Shown here piece after piece: positions 7,085 to 16,794 of a stretch of DNA of 42,313 nt. The notes below the pieces were generated by a model. It did no database searches. It was given only the letters and a program-made list of their open reading frames with translations, and was not told the DNA's origin. Source of the stretch: an uncultured Hormoscilla sp. (GTDB taxonomy: Bacteria > Cyanobacteriota > Cyanobacteriia > Cyanobacteriales > Desertifilaceae); NCBI GenBank assembly GCA_963921275.4, contig CAWUFA030000005.1, positions 1 through 42,313 of the forward strand, in the 5' to 3' direction. The position numbers and the translations under genes are program-made. Positions within the stretch are counted from its first letter, which is position 1, and each line of letters starts with the position of its first letter.

Positions 7085-9264
7085 TGGCCGTACGTTCCCA
7101 GACCAATCTAATCAATGACCTGGCAACGCGCATAATCGATAACACCAGCGGCCAGATCACCCCTGCGATTCTCCGTTCCATGCTACTCGATATGATCGAG
7201 TCGCTTTTCAATATTCACGGGCTGGAGGAGGGTCAGGTTGCCGCCCTTGGACAGGCGAATGAAAACGACCCTACGGGGATGCAGTTGATCGGGTCGACCC
7301 TGATGATGCCGGAAGAAATGACCTTCCAACAGCGGGCGGCTTTCCTTGGATCGAGTGCCCGGTTGTTCTCAACTGGGTCATTTCTGAATATCGAAAATAC
7401 CGTCACCGATGATCTTTATGAAGTTGTTGATCACCAAGCAAATAAACTCTCTGCAAGCCTTCCGCCTTCGTGGATTAATTACGCTGAAAGCCCGAACACA
7501 TGGCGGGCGGTTTACACCTCAATCACCGCTAATCAGCGGCCGATTCAATTGGACGGGTACACATTTGACTGGCGGCCGGATTATTTTGGGAGAGTTTGGG
7601 GGATTCGATTTATCCTACAGGGGAACCCAAGTCAGAATGTAAGGATTCGAGTTTACGATATTGAGGACGGCACCCCAGGCGAAACCTTGTGGACCTTTCC
7701 CACACAGATGGCGTGGGAGACCGGCGCGGGCGGGGTAGATTATCCCTTCGGTCTTACGGATATCGAGTTCCTTGGATCGACGGCGCCCTTGTTAGTAGAC
7801 CCCGCCCGGAATCTTCGTTTCGAGTTCAGGGCGGACAGCGGTACAATCGCTGAGAACATGAATACCAATCTTCCGGTGTTTGAGGTAATCCCGCAAATTG
7901 GCGGGCGCCGTACCCTGATGGACCGCCCGAGTAATTTCCCAAATGGCACGCTTCCGATTGTACTCAACGGCGGTCTCGAACGGTCTCGATTGAGTGAAAG
8001 CGCGGGACGGGTTCAGGTTACGGAATCAACGGACACGGAATTGATTTCGTTCAGCAGTTCAACAATCACCCAGACCCGTGGTGAGCAGACTTACTCGTTT
8101 AACTTCACACATACGGGACGGGTTACGGCCTTTGGGACCTACATTGGCGGGGTCAACAGCAACACCGAGGTTGAAGTTAGAATCGCTGATATCTCCCAGA
8201 GCGGGACTTCTGTTTATTCTTCAAACACGGTGGAAATTGCACGCGGGTTGACAAACGTAGGACCGCCTGAGTTGAGGTTTTTTCAACTCGACAACCCGTT
8301 GAATCTTTCGGGTTCCTACACGATTGAAATCGTAATCGGGCCGCGCGATTTTCGAGTGCAGGAAATTGGTACAAACAGTCTGAGACTTGTCGCTCGAAAC
8401 GACGAGGCCGCTGAATTGCTTTCAGGCGCGCGCCTGATTGATACAACCGGCGGGCTAACCGGCGGGGGTGATCTTTCCGCTGATAGAAGTCTTTCGATTG
8501 CGGACGACGGGGTGACCAGTATTAAACTTGCGGACGACGCGGTAACCAGTGCAAAGATCGCCGCCGACGCCGTAACAGAATTGAAGTTATTGGCGGGGGC
8601 GGTGGCGACCGACAAACTTGCGGACGACGCCGTTACCAAGGCGAAACTGAACGCGGATGTATTTGCTACGGGTGCAGCCGTGAATACGGGTACCGAGACT
8701 GACACGGCGGTGTCACCTTTCAGGTTACAGTCAAGATTAGAAACGCTTTCGTATGACCGGTACCGGAAGACGCTTGCCGTAGGCGGAACATTCCCCGCGG
8801 CGGACCGGGGCGACTACGTGATTGCCAACGGCAACGGTACGGCCAACGGTATCACAATCACAGTAGGTGAAGTCTATCGGTGCACGACAAACGGGACGGC
8901 GGTTTCCACACCCGCAAACTGGGACCGCCTTCAGGGAATCGAGGATACCGGCTGGCAGGCACTCGCATACGCAAGCGGCTGGGCGGCGTCCGGTGCAGGC
9001 CAATGGCCAAACGCGCGATGGCGGAAGTTTGGACCGGTCATATCCGTGGAAATAACAACCAGTGCAACCGGTACGGTAACAACGGCGGATACGATTATAA
9101 CGACGCTTCCAGTTCAGGCCCGGCCTGATCGGACTAAGTATTTCATATGGAATGAGAACGGGCAATTTCGCCCCGGCCTAATCCACACCGACGGGCGGGT
9201 GAACGTGAACAGTTTATTGACGGGTTCTTTCGTTACGATGCAAACAACCTATCAGCTGGGATAA
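7084..9264 (+). CDS. Long fibre-like structural protein (head or tail fibre)
   Basis: N-terminal DNTSGQITPA.LR, 10-aa AVTxAKLAxD repeats, C-terminal DTGW...RWRK.G.V...ITTLP..ARP fibre-tip-like domain. Confidence 0.65.
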   Translation: MAVRSQTNLINDLATRIIDNTSGQITPAILRSMLLDMIESLFNIHGLEEGQVAALGQANENDPTGMQLIGSTLMMPEEMTFQQRAAFLGSSARLFSTGSFLNIENTVTDDLYEVVDHQANKLSASLPPSWINYAESPNTWRAVYTSITANQRPIQLDGYTFDWRPDYFGRVWGIRFILQGNPSQNVRIRVYDIEDGTPGETLWTFPTQMAWETGAGGVDYPFGLTDIEFLGSTAPLLVDPARNLRFEFRADSGTIAENMNTNLPVFEVIPQIGGRRTLMDRPSNFPNGTLPIVLNGGLERSRLSESAGRVQVTESTDTELISFSSSTITQTRGEQTYSFNFTHTGRVTAFGTYIGGVNSNTEVEVRIADISQSGTSVYSSNTVEIARGLTNVGPPELRFFQLDNPLNLSGSYTIEIVIGPRDFRVQEIGTNSLRLVARNDEAAELLSGARLIDTTGGLTGGGDLSADRSLSIADDGVTSIKLADDAVTSAKIAADAVTELKLLAGAVATDKLADDAVTKAKLNADVFATGAAVNTGTETDTAVSPFRLQSRLETLSYDRYRKTLAVGGTFPAADRGDYVIANGNGTANGITITVGEVYRCTTNGTAVSTPANWDRLQGIEDTGWQALAYASGWAASGAGQWPNARWRKFGPVISVEITTSATGTVTTADTIITTLPVQARPDRTKYFIWNENGQFRPGLIHTDGRVNVNSLLTGSFVTMQTTYQLG
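8497..8646 (+). repeat. Five imperfect 30-nt (10-aa) tandem repeats in the fibre gene
   Basis: IADDGVTSIK/LADDAVTSAK/IAADAVTELK/LLAGAVATDK/LADDAVTKAK. Confidence 0.85.
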
Positions 9265-9611
9265 TGGAAGACCGGCGGAAAACGAACGGATTAAGTGAGG
9301 TGGGAGTTGCAATCGGGCGGCTGCAGGCCGAGGCTGAAGCAGGCAAACAGCAGCGGCTCGAGTTGTTCCAACAGAACGAGAAACTACGGGCAGAAGTAGG
9401 GGAGCTCAAAACACAAATCGCCCAGGGCTTTACAAAACTCGATGAAGCCACCACCGGAAACACCAAGCGGTTTGAAAAACAGTGCAGGGAAATTGAGAGC
9501 CTGAAGGTATCGAGAAACCGCGCCCGTATCGCGATAGCCTCAATCGGCGGCGCAAGCGGATCACTCGGGGGCATTGTTGCCGCCATTCTTCACAAGATTG
9601 GATTAAATTGA
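9264..9611 (+). CDS. Coiled-coil protein with C-terminal hydrophobic segment (lysis-associated candidate)
   Basis: Coiled coil then IAIASIGGASGSLGGIVAAIL; directly precedes the holin. Confidence 0.5.
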   Translation: MEDRRKTNGLSEVGVAIGRLQAEAEAGKQQRLELFQQNEKLRAEVGELKTQIAQGFTKLDEATTGNTKRFEKQCREIESLKVSRNRARIAIASIGGASGSLGGIVAAILHKIGLN

Positions 9612-9612
9612 A

Positions 9613-10050
9613 ATGCTTTCCCTGATTGGTTCACTGTTAGGATTCGGGACGTCGTTCCTTCCCAAAGTCATGGGGTACTTCGAGGAGAAACGCGATCAGG
9701 CGCATGAGCTCGCGCTTATGGACAAACAGTTGGAACAACAGAAACAGATCGGGGCTCAACGGCTCGAGGCCGTGAACGTGGACGCGGATATTCGAGAGAC
9801 CGAGGCACTCCACAAGGCCGAGGCCCGTATCACGGTGAAATCCTCTCAGTGGGTGATCAACCTATCGGCAACCGTTAGGCCGGTGATGACCTACGCGCTA
9901 TTTTTCGAGTTCATGCTACTCACCGCCCTGCTTGCGACCGGTCACATCGATGACGAAATGTATCGGCTGATATGGTCAAATGAAATACAGGCGGTATGGG
10001 CCGCCGTGGTTTCATTCTGGTTCGGAGCCCGCCAATGGAACAAGAAATAA
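9613..10050 (+). CDS. Holin, GTA 3TM-like
   Basis: SATVRPVMTY and AVVSFWFGAR motifs with hydrophobic helices. Confidence 0.75.
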   Translation: MLSLIGSLLGFGTSFLPKVMGYFEEKRDQAHELALMDKQLEQQKQIGAQRLEAVNVDADIRETEALHKAEARITVKSSQWVINLSATVRPVMTYALFFEFMLLTALLATGHIDDEMYRLIWSNEIQAVWAAVVSFWFGARQWNKK

Positions 10051-10227
10051 TTAAATATGATTCCAATGAAGGCCGCGTTTAAGCGCGCGAACATAAACCG
10101 GATGAATGTCGAAAGCCGCTGCGAGGTCTTTCGCGCCAATCCATGACCAGCACCTTTCGGGGTGTTTGGTCACAAATCGCCAAAACCTTTCTTCGAGTGG
10201 AACCGGGGGCCTTCCAATTTTTTTCAT
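10051..10227 (-). pseudogene. HNH endonuclease paralog lacking the nuclease core (58-aa intact ORF)
   Basis: MKKIGRPPVPLEERFWRFVTKHPERCWSWIGAK joined directly to DLAAAFDIHPVYVRALKRGLHWNHI; ATG overlaps the stop of the full HNH gene. Confidence 0.65.
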
Positions 10228-10667
10228 GCCGCTTTCCGAACCTGTCCCGCCCTGATTCGTACCGCGTGGCGGGTGTCGATTCCATATTCGGCGGCCAGCC
10301 GTTTCACAGGCTTACGGCTTTCCCTGATGGCCTGAACCTGATCACGGGTCAACCGGTAAGCGGGCGAAATCTGCCGCCCCTTCAAAACCATATCAGCCAT
10401 GTTCTCCGCGTGCGTCGCCGTGAATAGGTGATCTGGGTTTACACAGGCCGGGTTATCACATTCGTGGCAAACAAAAAGCCCGTACAGAATCGGGCCGCGA
10501 TTGAGCAGAAACGAAACCCGATGCGCGGTCTGAGTTGTTCCGTATAGCGAAAACTTTCCATAACCGTGGCGGTCTTTGCCCCCGGTCCAGTTCCAACACC
10601 CGCCCGGTTCTTTCCGGACATGTTCCATGAATCGCGATTCGATAGACTTGATTTTTTTGCCCTTCAT
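10224..10667 (-). CDS. HNH homing endonuclease
   Basis: CWNWTG..D.HGYG, AHRVS and VCHECDNPACVNPDHL...T..EN..DM..KGR motifs plus C-terminal HTH. Confidence 0.92.
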   Translation of the reverse strand: MKGKKIKSIESRFMEHVRKEPGGCWNWTGGKDRHGYGKFSLYGTTQTAHRVSFLLNRGPILYGLFVCHECDNPACVNPDHLFTATHAENMADMVLKGRQISPAYRLTRDQVQAIRESRKPVKRLAAEYGIDTRHAVRIRAGQVRKAA

Positions 10668-10720
10668 GGTAGAAAGAGTTGCGCAATTTTGCGCGATTGT
10701 CAACATCGAAGGGAAAGAAA

Positions 10721-10894
10721 ATGAACGACTTTCTAAAAGGCATGTTCGGAACCGTATGGGTGATCGCCGTGGTTTCATTCGCCGTTGCCGCCACAGTTTC
10801 AGACCCGCGCTACTGGTGGATGGTCACAGTGCTGGTGACACCCGCCGTCGGCCTTTTCATTGTTCGCCTGATTATGGGTGGGCGCGGTGTTTAA
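10721..10894 (+). CDS. Small two-helix membrane protein
   Basis: GAAGGGA RBS; two hydrophobic segments around DPRYWW. Confidence 0.6.
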   Translation: MNDFLKGMFGTVWVIAVVSFAVAATVSDPRYWWMVTVLVTPAVGLFIVRLIMGGRGV

Positions 10895-11051
10895 TCTGGT
10901 AGCCGGAATCACCGGCATTCTCTGGATCACCGGATTGATTTTTGCCGTCATAAACGCTATCGAGCATTCCCCTGATTGGTGGCCGCGCGCTATTCTGATG
11001 ATGGCGATTACGGTCGCCGCCCTGTGGATCTGGGTCATGGCGCGGCGATGA
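10887..11051 (+). CDS. Small two-helix membrane protein, probable paralog of the previous ORF (54 aa)
   Basis: GTG start; FNLVAGITGILWITGLIFAVINAIEHSPDWWPRAILMMAITVAALWIWVMARR; TGA overlaps the MTase ATG. Confidence 0.55.
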   Translation: MFNLVAGITGILWITGLIFAVINAIEHSPDWWPRAILMMAITVAALWIWVMARR

Positions 11052-12097
11052 GTGAAAAACTGAAGGCGGCAAAGAAGGCCAAAAAAGATGAGTTCTATAC
11101 CCAGCTTGCGGATATCGAGAAAGAGCTCGGGCACTACAAAAATCATTTCAAGGGCAAGACCGTCTATTGCAACTGTGATGACCCGCGGCGCTCTAATTTT
11201 GTTCGGTACTTTCGCGACAATTTCACCGCCCTAGGTCTCAAAAAATTATTTGCAACCTGCTACGGGCGGGCGGGTGATCTGTTATCAAATAAGACGACGC
11301 CCGCGCTCAAACTCGAATACACGGGCAGCGGGGAGGTCATTGAACCCCTGAACGGCGACGGCGATTTCCGTAGCCCCGAATGTATCGACATTCTCAAACA
11401 AGCGAATATCGTGGTGACTAACCCGCCGTTCTCACTGTTCCGGCCTTACGTGGCGCAACTCATGGAATACGGCAAGAAGTTTTTGATTATCGGGAATATG
11501 AATGCGGTCACCTACAAGGAGATTTTCCCGCTGATCAAGGAAAATAAATTGTGGTGCGGGCCCAGCATTAAGAGCGGGGATCGGACTTTTGGAGTTCCAG
11601 ATCACTATCCACTTGATGCTGCGACAGTGTGGATTGATGAAAATGGGAAAAAATTTATCAAGGTCAAAAGTGTCCGCTGGTTCACCAATCTCGACCATGA
11701 CAAGCGGCATGAGGAATTGATCTTGGACCGTACCTACACACCGGAGGATTATCCTACTTACGACAACTATGACGCCATTGAAGTCAGCAAGACCAAAAAC
11801 ATTCCGATAGATTACGCCGGTGTCATGGGTGTACCGATTTCGTTTCTCGACAAGTATAACCCGGATCAGTTTAAGATTCTCGGATATTGTTCTGAATGGT
11901 ATGGCGCCGCTGAAAAAAAATACGAAGAACATATTCAGGTTTCGCCTGGCGGCGGGCAAAAAAAAACTACAAGACTTAACGCAACGGCTGTGATTGAAAT
12001 AAAAAATCCGATTGAAAAAACCTACTATATTTCTAACTGCTGTTTGTACCGAGGAACGTATGCGCGGATACTTATCCGCAACAAGGCACTCCAATGA
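11048..12097 (+). CDS. Adenine-specific DNA methyltransferase, EcoRI-methylase family
   Basis: KDEFYT, VYCNCDDP, GDGDFRS.EC, VVTNPPFSLFR and GVMGVPISFLDKYNP motifs. Confidence 0.9.
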   Translation: MSEKLKAAKKAKKDEFYTQLADIEKELGHYKNHFKGKTVYCNCDDPRRSNFVRYFRDNFTALGLKKLFATCYGRAGDLLSNKTTPALKLEYTGSGEVIEPLNGDGDFRSPECIDILKQANIVVTNPPFSLFRPYVAQLMEYGKKFLIIGNMNAVTYKEIFPLIKENKLWCGPSIKSGDRTFGVPDHYPLDAATVWIDENGKKFIKVKSVRWFTNLDHDKRHEELILDRTYTPEDYPTYDNYDAIEVSKTKNIPIDYAGVMGVPISFLDKYNPDQFKILGYCSEWYGAAEKKYEEHIQVSPGGGQKKTTRLNATAVIEIKNPIEKTYYISNCCLYRGTYARILIRNKALQ

Positions 12098-12549
12098 AGA
12101 TTAATCAGGCCGGCCTCGACATTATTAAACAGTTCGAGGGCTTTTCGGCAACCCCGTATTTGTGCCCGGCCGGTTACCCCACAATCGGCTACGGTTCCAT
12201 ATGGGACCTGGAGGGCAACCGGCTGACGATAGATTCCCCTGAAGTGACCGAGGCCGAGGCCGATACCCTGCTTGCCCGGGAATGCCGTCACGCTGAACGG
12301 ACGGTCACTCGACTGGTGCGGGTGCCGCTGAACGGAAACCAGTTCAGCGCTCTAGTTTCGTTCACGTACAATCTGGGAAGCGGTAACCTGCAATCGAGCA
12401 CGCTTCGCATGAAGCTGAACCGGGGTGATTACGCAGGTGCGGCGGACGAGTTTCCGAAATGGCGCAGGGCTGGCGGGCGGATACTCAAGGGCCTTGTTAG
12501 AAGGCGGGCAGCTGAACAGGCGTTGTTTAAAAAAGAACCCTCGCCGTAG
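12094..12549 (+). CDS. Endolysin, GH24 lysozyme
   Basis: IKQFEG....PY.CPAG.PTIGYG, QF.ALVSF.YNLG and GLVRRR.AE motifs. Confidence 0.95.
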   Translation: MKINQAGLDIIKQFEGFSATPYLCPAGYPTIGYGSIWDLEGNRLTIDSPEVTEAEADTLLARECRHAERTVTRLVRVPLNGNQFSALVSFTYNLGSGNLQSSTLRMKLNRGDYAGAADEFPKWRRAGGRILKGLVRRRAAEQALFKKEPSP

Positions 12550-12557
12550 CGAGGGTC
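12529..12557 (-). terminator. Intrinsic terminator of cassette A
   Basis: accctcgc-cgta-gcgagggt hairpin preceded by an A tract on the + strand. Confidence 0.7.
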
Positions 12558-12584
12558 AAGGTTCCACAGGGAGAAAGGTAAAAA

Positions 12585-12824
12585 TTAACAGAAATGCTTT
12601 TTTAATTCAACAAAAACTTCTTCTAACATTTCGTTGTATTCTTTTTCTTGAAACATTGCTGGAAGCGGTTCGGAATATTCTTCAACCTGATTCATAAGAG
12701 CTTCGTTCAGGACTTCTTCAATATTTTCTTTATCGGTCAAGTCCAAAAGAGCAACCGAGCGGCGGGTTATTTCATACAAGTCTTCGGCATAGGGTCTTTG
12801 TTCAAATTTCAATTCGTAAAACAT
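12585..12824 (-). CDS. Small acidic cassette protein (paralog of 33098..33355)
   Basis: TGGAG RBS, own promoter, ~20 D/E in 79 aa. Confidence 0.75.
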   Translation of the reverse strand: MFYELKFEQRPYAEDLYEITRRSVALLDLTDKENIEEVLNEALMNQVEEYSEPLPAMFQEKEYNEMLEEVFVELKKHFC

Positions 12825-12870
12825 TTTTCACTCCAGTTTGATGCGGGGCCATTTCCCGGCTGATAGAAAC

Positions 12871-12960
12871 ACTATAATACGAGGTGTTGTTTTTGTCAAC
12901 AAAAAACACACCTTTTTTCGCATTAAACTGCTTGACATGGAAAGCACTTTAATATATAAA
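12871..12960. promoter_or_regulatory. Divergent sigma70-like promoter pair (cassette A)
   Basis: Minus strand TTGACA-17-TATAGT; plus strand TTGACA(12932)-17-TATAAA(12955). Confidence 0.8.
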
Positions 12961-13007
12961 CAACAGAATCAGTGAAATGGTTTCGCTGAACATGATGGAG
13001 AAGATTG

Positions 13008-13277
13008 ATGAACAAGTACGAATTTTATAAAGAAGTAACGACCCCTGATCATATAACAGAAGATGCCGCTGTTCTTCTAGCTGCCGAAGCTTACGAATCA
13101 GGGTTGTTTAAAAGCAATGGAAGGCCTTTAACGAAACACCAGTTGAAGTGCATGATTCAAGAAGATTGGACGATGCCGCAGTATGTAAAAGTCTCAATGG
13201 AAAAAAATTGGACGCAAGACATTCTTCCTGATGATGTAAGAACAGCTGTAAAAGTTGCCGCATTACGATACCAATAA
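13008..13277 (+). CDS. Small hypothetical cassette protein
   Basis: TGGAG RBS, own promoter and terminator. Confidence 0.7.
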   Translation: MNKYEFYKEVTTPDHITEDAAVLLAAEAYESGLFKSNGRPLTKHQLKCMIQEDWTMPQYVKVSMEKNWTQDILPDDVRTAVKVAALRYQ

Positions 13278-13297
13278 TTGCCTTTATCTGTAAACTG

Positions 13298-13325
13298 AAC
13301 CCCGCCCTTGAGCGGGGTTTTTTTT
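13298..13325 (+). terminator. Intrinsic terminator
   Basis: aaccccgc-ccttga-gcggggtt followed by a T tract. Confidence 0.85.
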
Positions 13326-13362
13326 CGTGCACTGCACTTCATCACTGTTTATAATCTGGAGT

Positions 13363-15132
13363 ATGGCGGTTATCGACAATCTCTTCGTTCGGCTAGGCTG
13401 GAAGTATGATCCGAGAGGATTAAAGAAATTCCAGAACGGGATTGAGCGCGTTCGTGGCCGGCTTGACGGAATGAGGAATGCCCTCGCTGTTCCAGGCGCG
13501 GCCCTGACTGCGGGCCTTGGAATCATCGGCAAAAACATATACGACTTTGAGAAATCCATGCGGGTGCTTCAGGCTACGAGTCAAGCAACGGGTAAAGACT
13601 TTGAAGCAATGCGAAAGCAGGCTCGTGAGCTTGGAGCAACGACAGAGTTTTCGGCGACCGACGCCGCCAACGCTCAGGTCCTTCTTGCTCAAGCAGGTTT
13701 TAAAACTAATCAGATTTTGAAAGCGACGCCGACCATTCTGAACCTTGCAAGTGCAGGACAATTGAGTATGGCCGAGGCTTCAGAATTAGCCGCCAACCAG
13801 ATCAACGCCTTCGGACTGGATGTTTCAGAGGTTAGAAGGGTTGCCGATGTTATGGCGGAGGCGGCCCGTTCTGCTAACACGACCGTGAAACAATTAGGAC
13901 CTGCGTTCAGACAGGTAGCACCGCTTGCCGCTAAACTAGGATTAAATATCGAAAGAACGGCGTCGATGATAGCGGTCCTTCGTAACAACGGTCTCAAGGC
14001 TGAACAAGCAGGCACAGCACTGAGGGCGATTTTTTCACGGCTACAGAAGCCGACCACAGATGCCGCCAACGCCATGAGAGAATTAGGGCTGGACTCCGAA
14101 GAGATTTTTGCCCTCGCTCAAGCCGGAAAGGTTGAAGCGGTATTCAGGAAATTAGGCAAAGCGGGATTAACAACAGCGGGAGCTATTAGAATATTCGGGG
14201 AGGAAGCGGGCGTCGGTGCTATTATCATGACGGAGCAAATTGCGAAGACCGAGGCCCTAACTGAAAAGTTTGGTGACGCCGCTGGAACAGCTGAAGAAAT
14301 GTCTCGTATCCAGAATGAGGGGCTGGTCGGAGCCATAAGAAATGTCATAAGTCGGATTGTTGAAATGCAGTTAGCACTCGGCGATTCGGGGTTGACAAAG
14401 TACATTCAGATTGCCGCTAACTGGTTAGGGAAATTTGCAGACTGGTTTCGAACCTCACCAAGATGGTTGAAGAATTTCATCTCGATTTTACTCATTGCGG
14501 GCCCTGTTCTGCTTGGATTGGTCGGAACGATCGGGCTTTTGTCTGTTGCGCTTGGAGCTCTTGGCGTCACGCTTAATCTAGCATTCGGCTGGTGGCTGAT
14601 TGGTATTCTTGCAGTCGTGGCGGCGGCGGTTTCACTGGTTACGTATTGGGATGAAATCGTTGCGTATTTTCAGTCGTTCAATGCAGAATTAAAAGACCTG
14701 ATTGGTTTTAATTTTACCGATAACCCTCTCGTTAATAGCTTCAAGTTTTTCATCGGCCTTCTGTCTGACGCGTGGGAAATTTTAACAAACATCGGTGGAT
14801 GGATTGCGAGTATCACAGGCGTTTCCGGTCTGTTCGATGACTGGTTCGGAGACCCTGAACGGGGATCAGCACTGGAGCGGTCTGGAGGCGAAGAACAAGG
14901 ATTTTGGAGACGAGTCATATCAGGCGGGGATAAGCGCCTTGCCGGTGAAACACCAGCCCCGCCTTCCAATTCAACAGCGAACACAAACACCGACAACAGT
15001 GTTCAAGTAGGTGAAATTAAAGTCACGACACCAGCTACCGATGGAAGGAGCTTCGCCCGTGAAATGTTAGAGGGCTTGAGGTCCGAAAACCTGAACGCCG
15101 TTGATGCTTTTGATTCGGAAGTCGCCGCATGA
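13363..15132 (+). CDS. Tail tape measure protein (TP901-family core)
   Basis: A.ELGATTEFSA.DAA.AQ..LAQAG, ADV.A.AA..ANT and G..AGTALR motifs; hydrophobic C-terminal region; GGAG RBS. Confidence 0.92.
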   Translation: MAVIDNLFVRLGWKYDPRGLKKFQNGIERVRGRLDGMRNALAVPGAALTAGLGIIGKNIYDFEKSMRVLQATSQATGKDFEAMRKQARELGATTEFSATDAANAQVLLAQAGFKTNQILKATPTILNLASAGQLSMAEASELAANQINAFGLDVSEVRRVADVMAEAARSANTTVKQLGPAFRQVAPLAAKLGLNIERTASMIAVLRNNGLKAEQAGTALRAIFSRLQKPTTDAANAMRELGLDSEEIFALAQAGKVEAVFRKLGKAGLTTAGAIRIFGEEAGVGAIIMTEQIAKTEALTEKFGDAAGTAEEMSRIQNEGLVGAIRNVISRIVEMQLALGDSGLTKYIQIAANWLGKFADWFRTSPRWLKNFISILLIAGPVLLGLVGTIGLLSVALGALGVTLNLAFGWWLIGILAVVAAAVSLVTYWDEIVAYFQSFNAELKDLIGFNFTDNPLVNSFKFFIGLLSDAWEILTNIGGWIASITGVSGLFDDWFGDPERGSALERSGGEEQGFWRRVISGGDKRLAGETPAPPSNSTANTNTDNSVQVGEIKVTTPATDGRSFAREMLEGLRSENLNAVDAFDSEVAA

Positions 15133-15668
15133 TATTCGATCCAGATTTCGCATTGTTTGCCTATCAACAACCGACGACCATAGCGGCCATTCCTGGAATC
15201 ACGGGCTTCGTTTCAATCAATCACTCGATCGGTATGGGATCAACCGAATATCCTGTTGAAACAGGCTCAACACTAACCGACAACGCTGTCGCAAAACGGA
15301 AACGGTTGTCGTTGAGGGGATGGGTTGCGGACTTGACTTATTTGGAAGGGTCGAACCTTCCAGATCACTCAACGGCTGCCGATGTGTGGCAACGAATTCT
15401 TCAACTCTTTGAGCAACGAAACCTGATTGAAGTCGTTACGCGGCTCGGTGTTTATACGGATATGCTTATAACAAGCGCCGCCACGAAAGACGATGTAAAC
15501 ACCAGGCGGGGCCTTAGATTCAATCTGGAGGCTACGCAAATTTTAACCAGTCAATCGACTATAACCAGCCTCTCGGCCGGCATTGTGAACCCGAATGGCC
15601 CCGCCGCCCAAAGAACAGCAATCGTTGATGGTGGTCAAAGGTCTGCACCTCAATACACTGGGCGATAA
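15129..15668 (+). CDS. Baseplate/Dit-like tail protein
   Basis: TEYPVE.GS...DNA and V.TRLGVY.DMLI motifs; follows the tape measure gene. Confidence 0.75.
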   Translation: MIFDPDFALFAYQQPTTIAAIPGITGFVSINHSIGMGSTEYPVETGSTLTDNAVAKRKRLSLRGWVADLTYLEGSNLPDHSTAADVWQRILQLFEQRNLIEVVTRLGVYTDMLITSAATKDDVNTRRGLRFNLEATQILTSQSTITSLSAGIVNPNGPAAQRTAIVDGGQRSAPQYTGR

Positions 15669-15670
15669 CG

Positions 15671-15940
15671 ATGCAGCGGGTTCCTATCACTTCCGATCTA
15701 CGGCAACGGTTCCAGACTACCCTTGGAGAAATTTCATATAACTTTGAAATATGGTGGCAGCCGTCCGATGAAAATTGGTACTTTTCGATTGATCAGATTC
15801 TATCAGGGGCCCGCATTGTTGAAGGCGGCGAATACCTCAAAAACAACTTGAGCTTTCCGGGTTTCCTATCGATTGAAGGCACAGGCCCGCTTAAAACAGA
15901 CGCCTGGGAAACAACTCACGCGATGGTCTTTAACCCGTGA
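15671..15940 (+). CDS. Small baseplate protein
   Basis: M..VP......Q.F.TTLG...Y....W......WY pattern; synteny. Confidence 0.65.
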   Translation: MQRVPITSDLRQRFQTTLGEISYNFEIWWQPSDENWYFSIDQILSGARIVEGGEYLKNNLSFPGFLSIEGTGPLKTDAWETTHAMVFNP

Positions 15941-16794
15941 CTCGTCTATTCCTCAGAAGGGTCGAAGTAACAATCGGTCTGGGAAACGAAGCCCTGATAA
16001 TAGACCCGACAAACTTCATAACGTTCGATATTGATAGGACCGCTTCCGACACTCCCGCAACCGGTAAAGTCGAGATATATAACCTACGAGAAGATAACGA
16101 GACTAGAGTTCGGCGGCGTGGAATCAATCTACAATTAAGCGCTGGATATGAGGGACGCTTCGGGCTTTTATTTTCTGGCGATATCACGAAGGTTGACAGA
16201 GAGAGGGAGGGGCTGGACCGAAAGATTGTCGTGACAGTTGGCGGTGCCATTGAACAAAGAACAAGGGCGATATTCAGTTTTTCTTATGCGGGCACCACAC
16301 CAGTTAAGCAAATCGTGAAGGATATCGCAAAAAGTTTTGACGGGTTGACTCTCGGACCGCTGGACTTAATCACTGACGCGGATGTTGAAGAAGATTACCA
16401 ATACGACGGATTTGCGAGCCACGCCCTGAACGGCGTTTTGAACCCGCGCGGGCTCAGATGGTATGAAGATAACGGCAAAATTAGAATAGCGAAAAATCAA
16501 AGTGCCGCTCCAGACAGGCCTTCAGGGGTTGTCGTAATTAGTGAAAAAACAGGAATGATCGGCACGCCTACATTGACTGACGAGGGCGCAAAAATCGAAA
16601 CCCTAATTGATCACAGACTTGAGCTGGAGGGCGTTGTTGAAGTTCAGTCTGAGATATTAAACGAAGGACCTAACGCTGTGAACCCTCGTGCACTTGAGAC
16701 TATCGGTAATCATAAGATTATCGGGCTTCGTCATTCAGGTGATAACCGTGAAGGCGATTTCAAAACTGAATTAAACTTAAGGCGGTTTCAATGA
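15937..16794 (+). CDS. Baseplate hub protein
   Basis: ITFDI, VEIYNL, L.AGY....GL.F.G.I and TGMIG.P motifs. Confidence 0.8.
   Translation: MTRLFLRRVEVTIGLGNEALIIDPTNFITFDIDRTASDTPATGKVEIYNLREDNETRVRRRGINLQLSAGYEGRFGLLFSGDITKVDREREGLDRKIVVTVGGAIEQRTRAIFSFSYAGTTPVKQIVKDIAKSFDGLTLGPLDLITDADVEEDYQYDGFASHALNGVLNPRGLRWYEDNGKIRIAKNQSAAPDRPSGVVVISEKTGMIGTPTLTDEGAKIETLIDHRLELEGVVEVQSEILNEGPNAVNPRALETIGNHKIIGLRHSGDNREGDFKTELNLRRFQ

Noticed and set aside
7084..9264. Diversity-generating retroelement or invertase-driven fibre switching
   Set aside because: No reverse transcriptase, invertase or template/variable repeat pair was noticed
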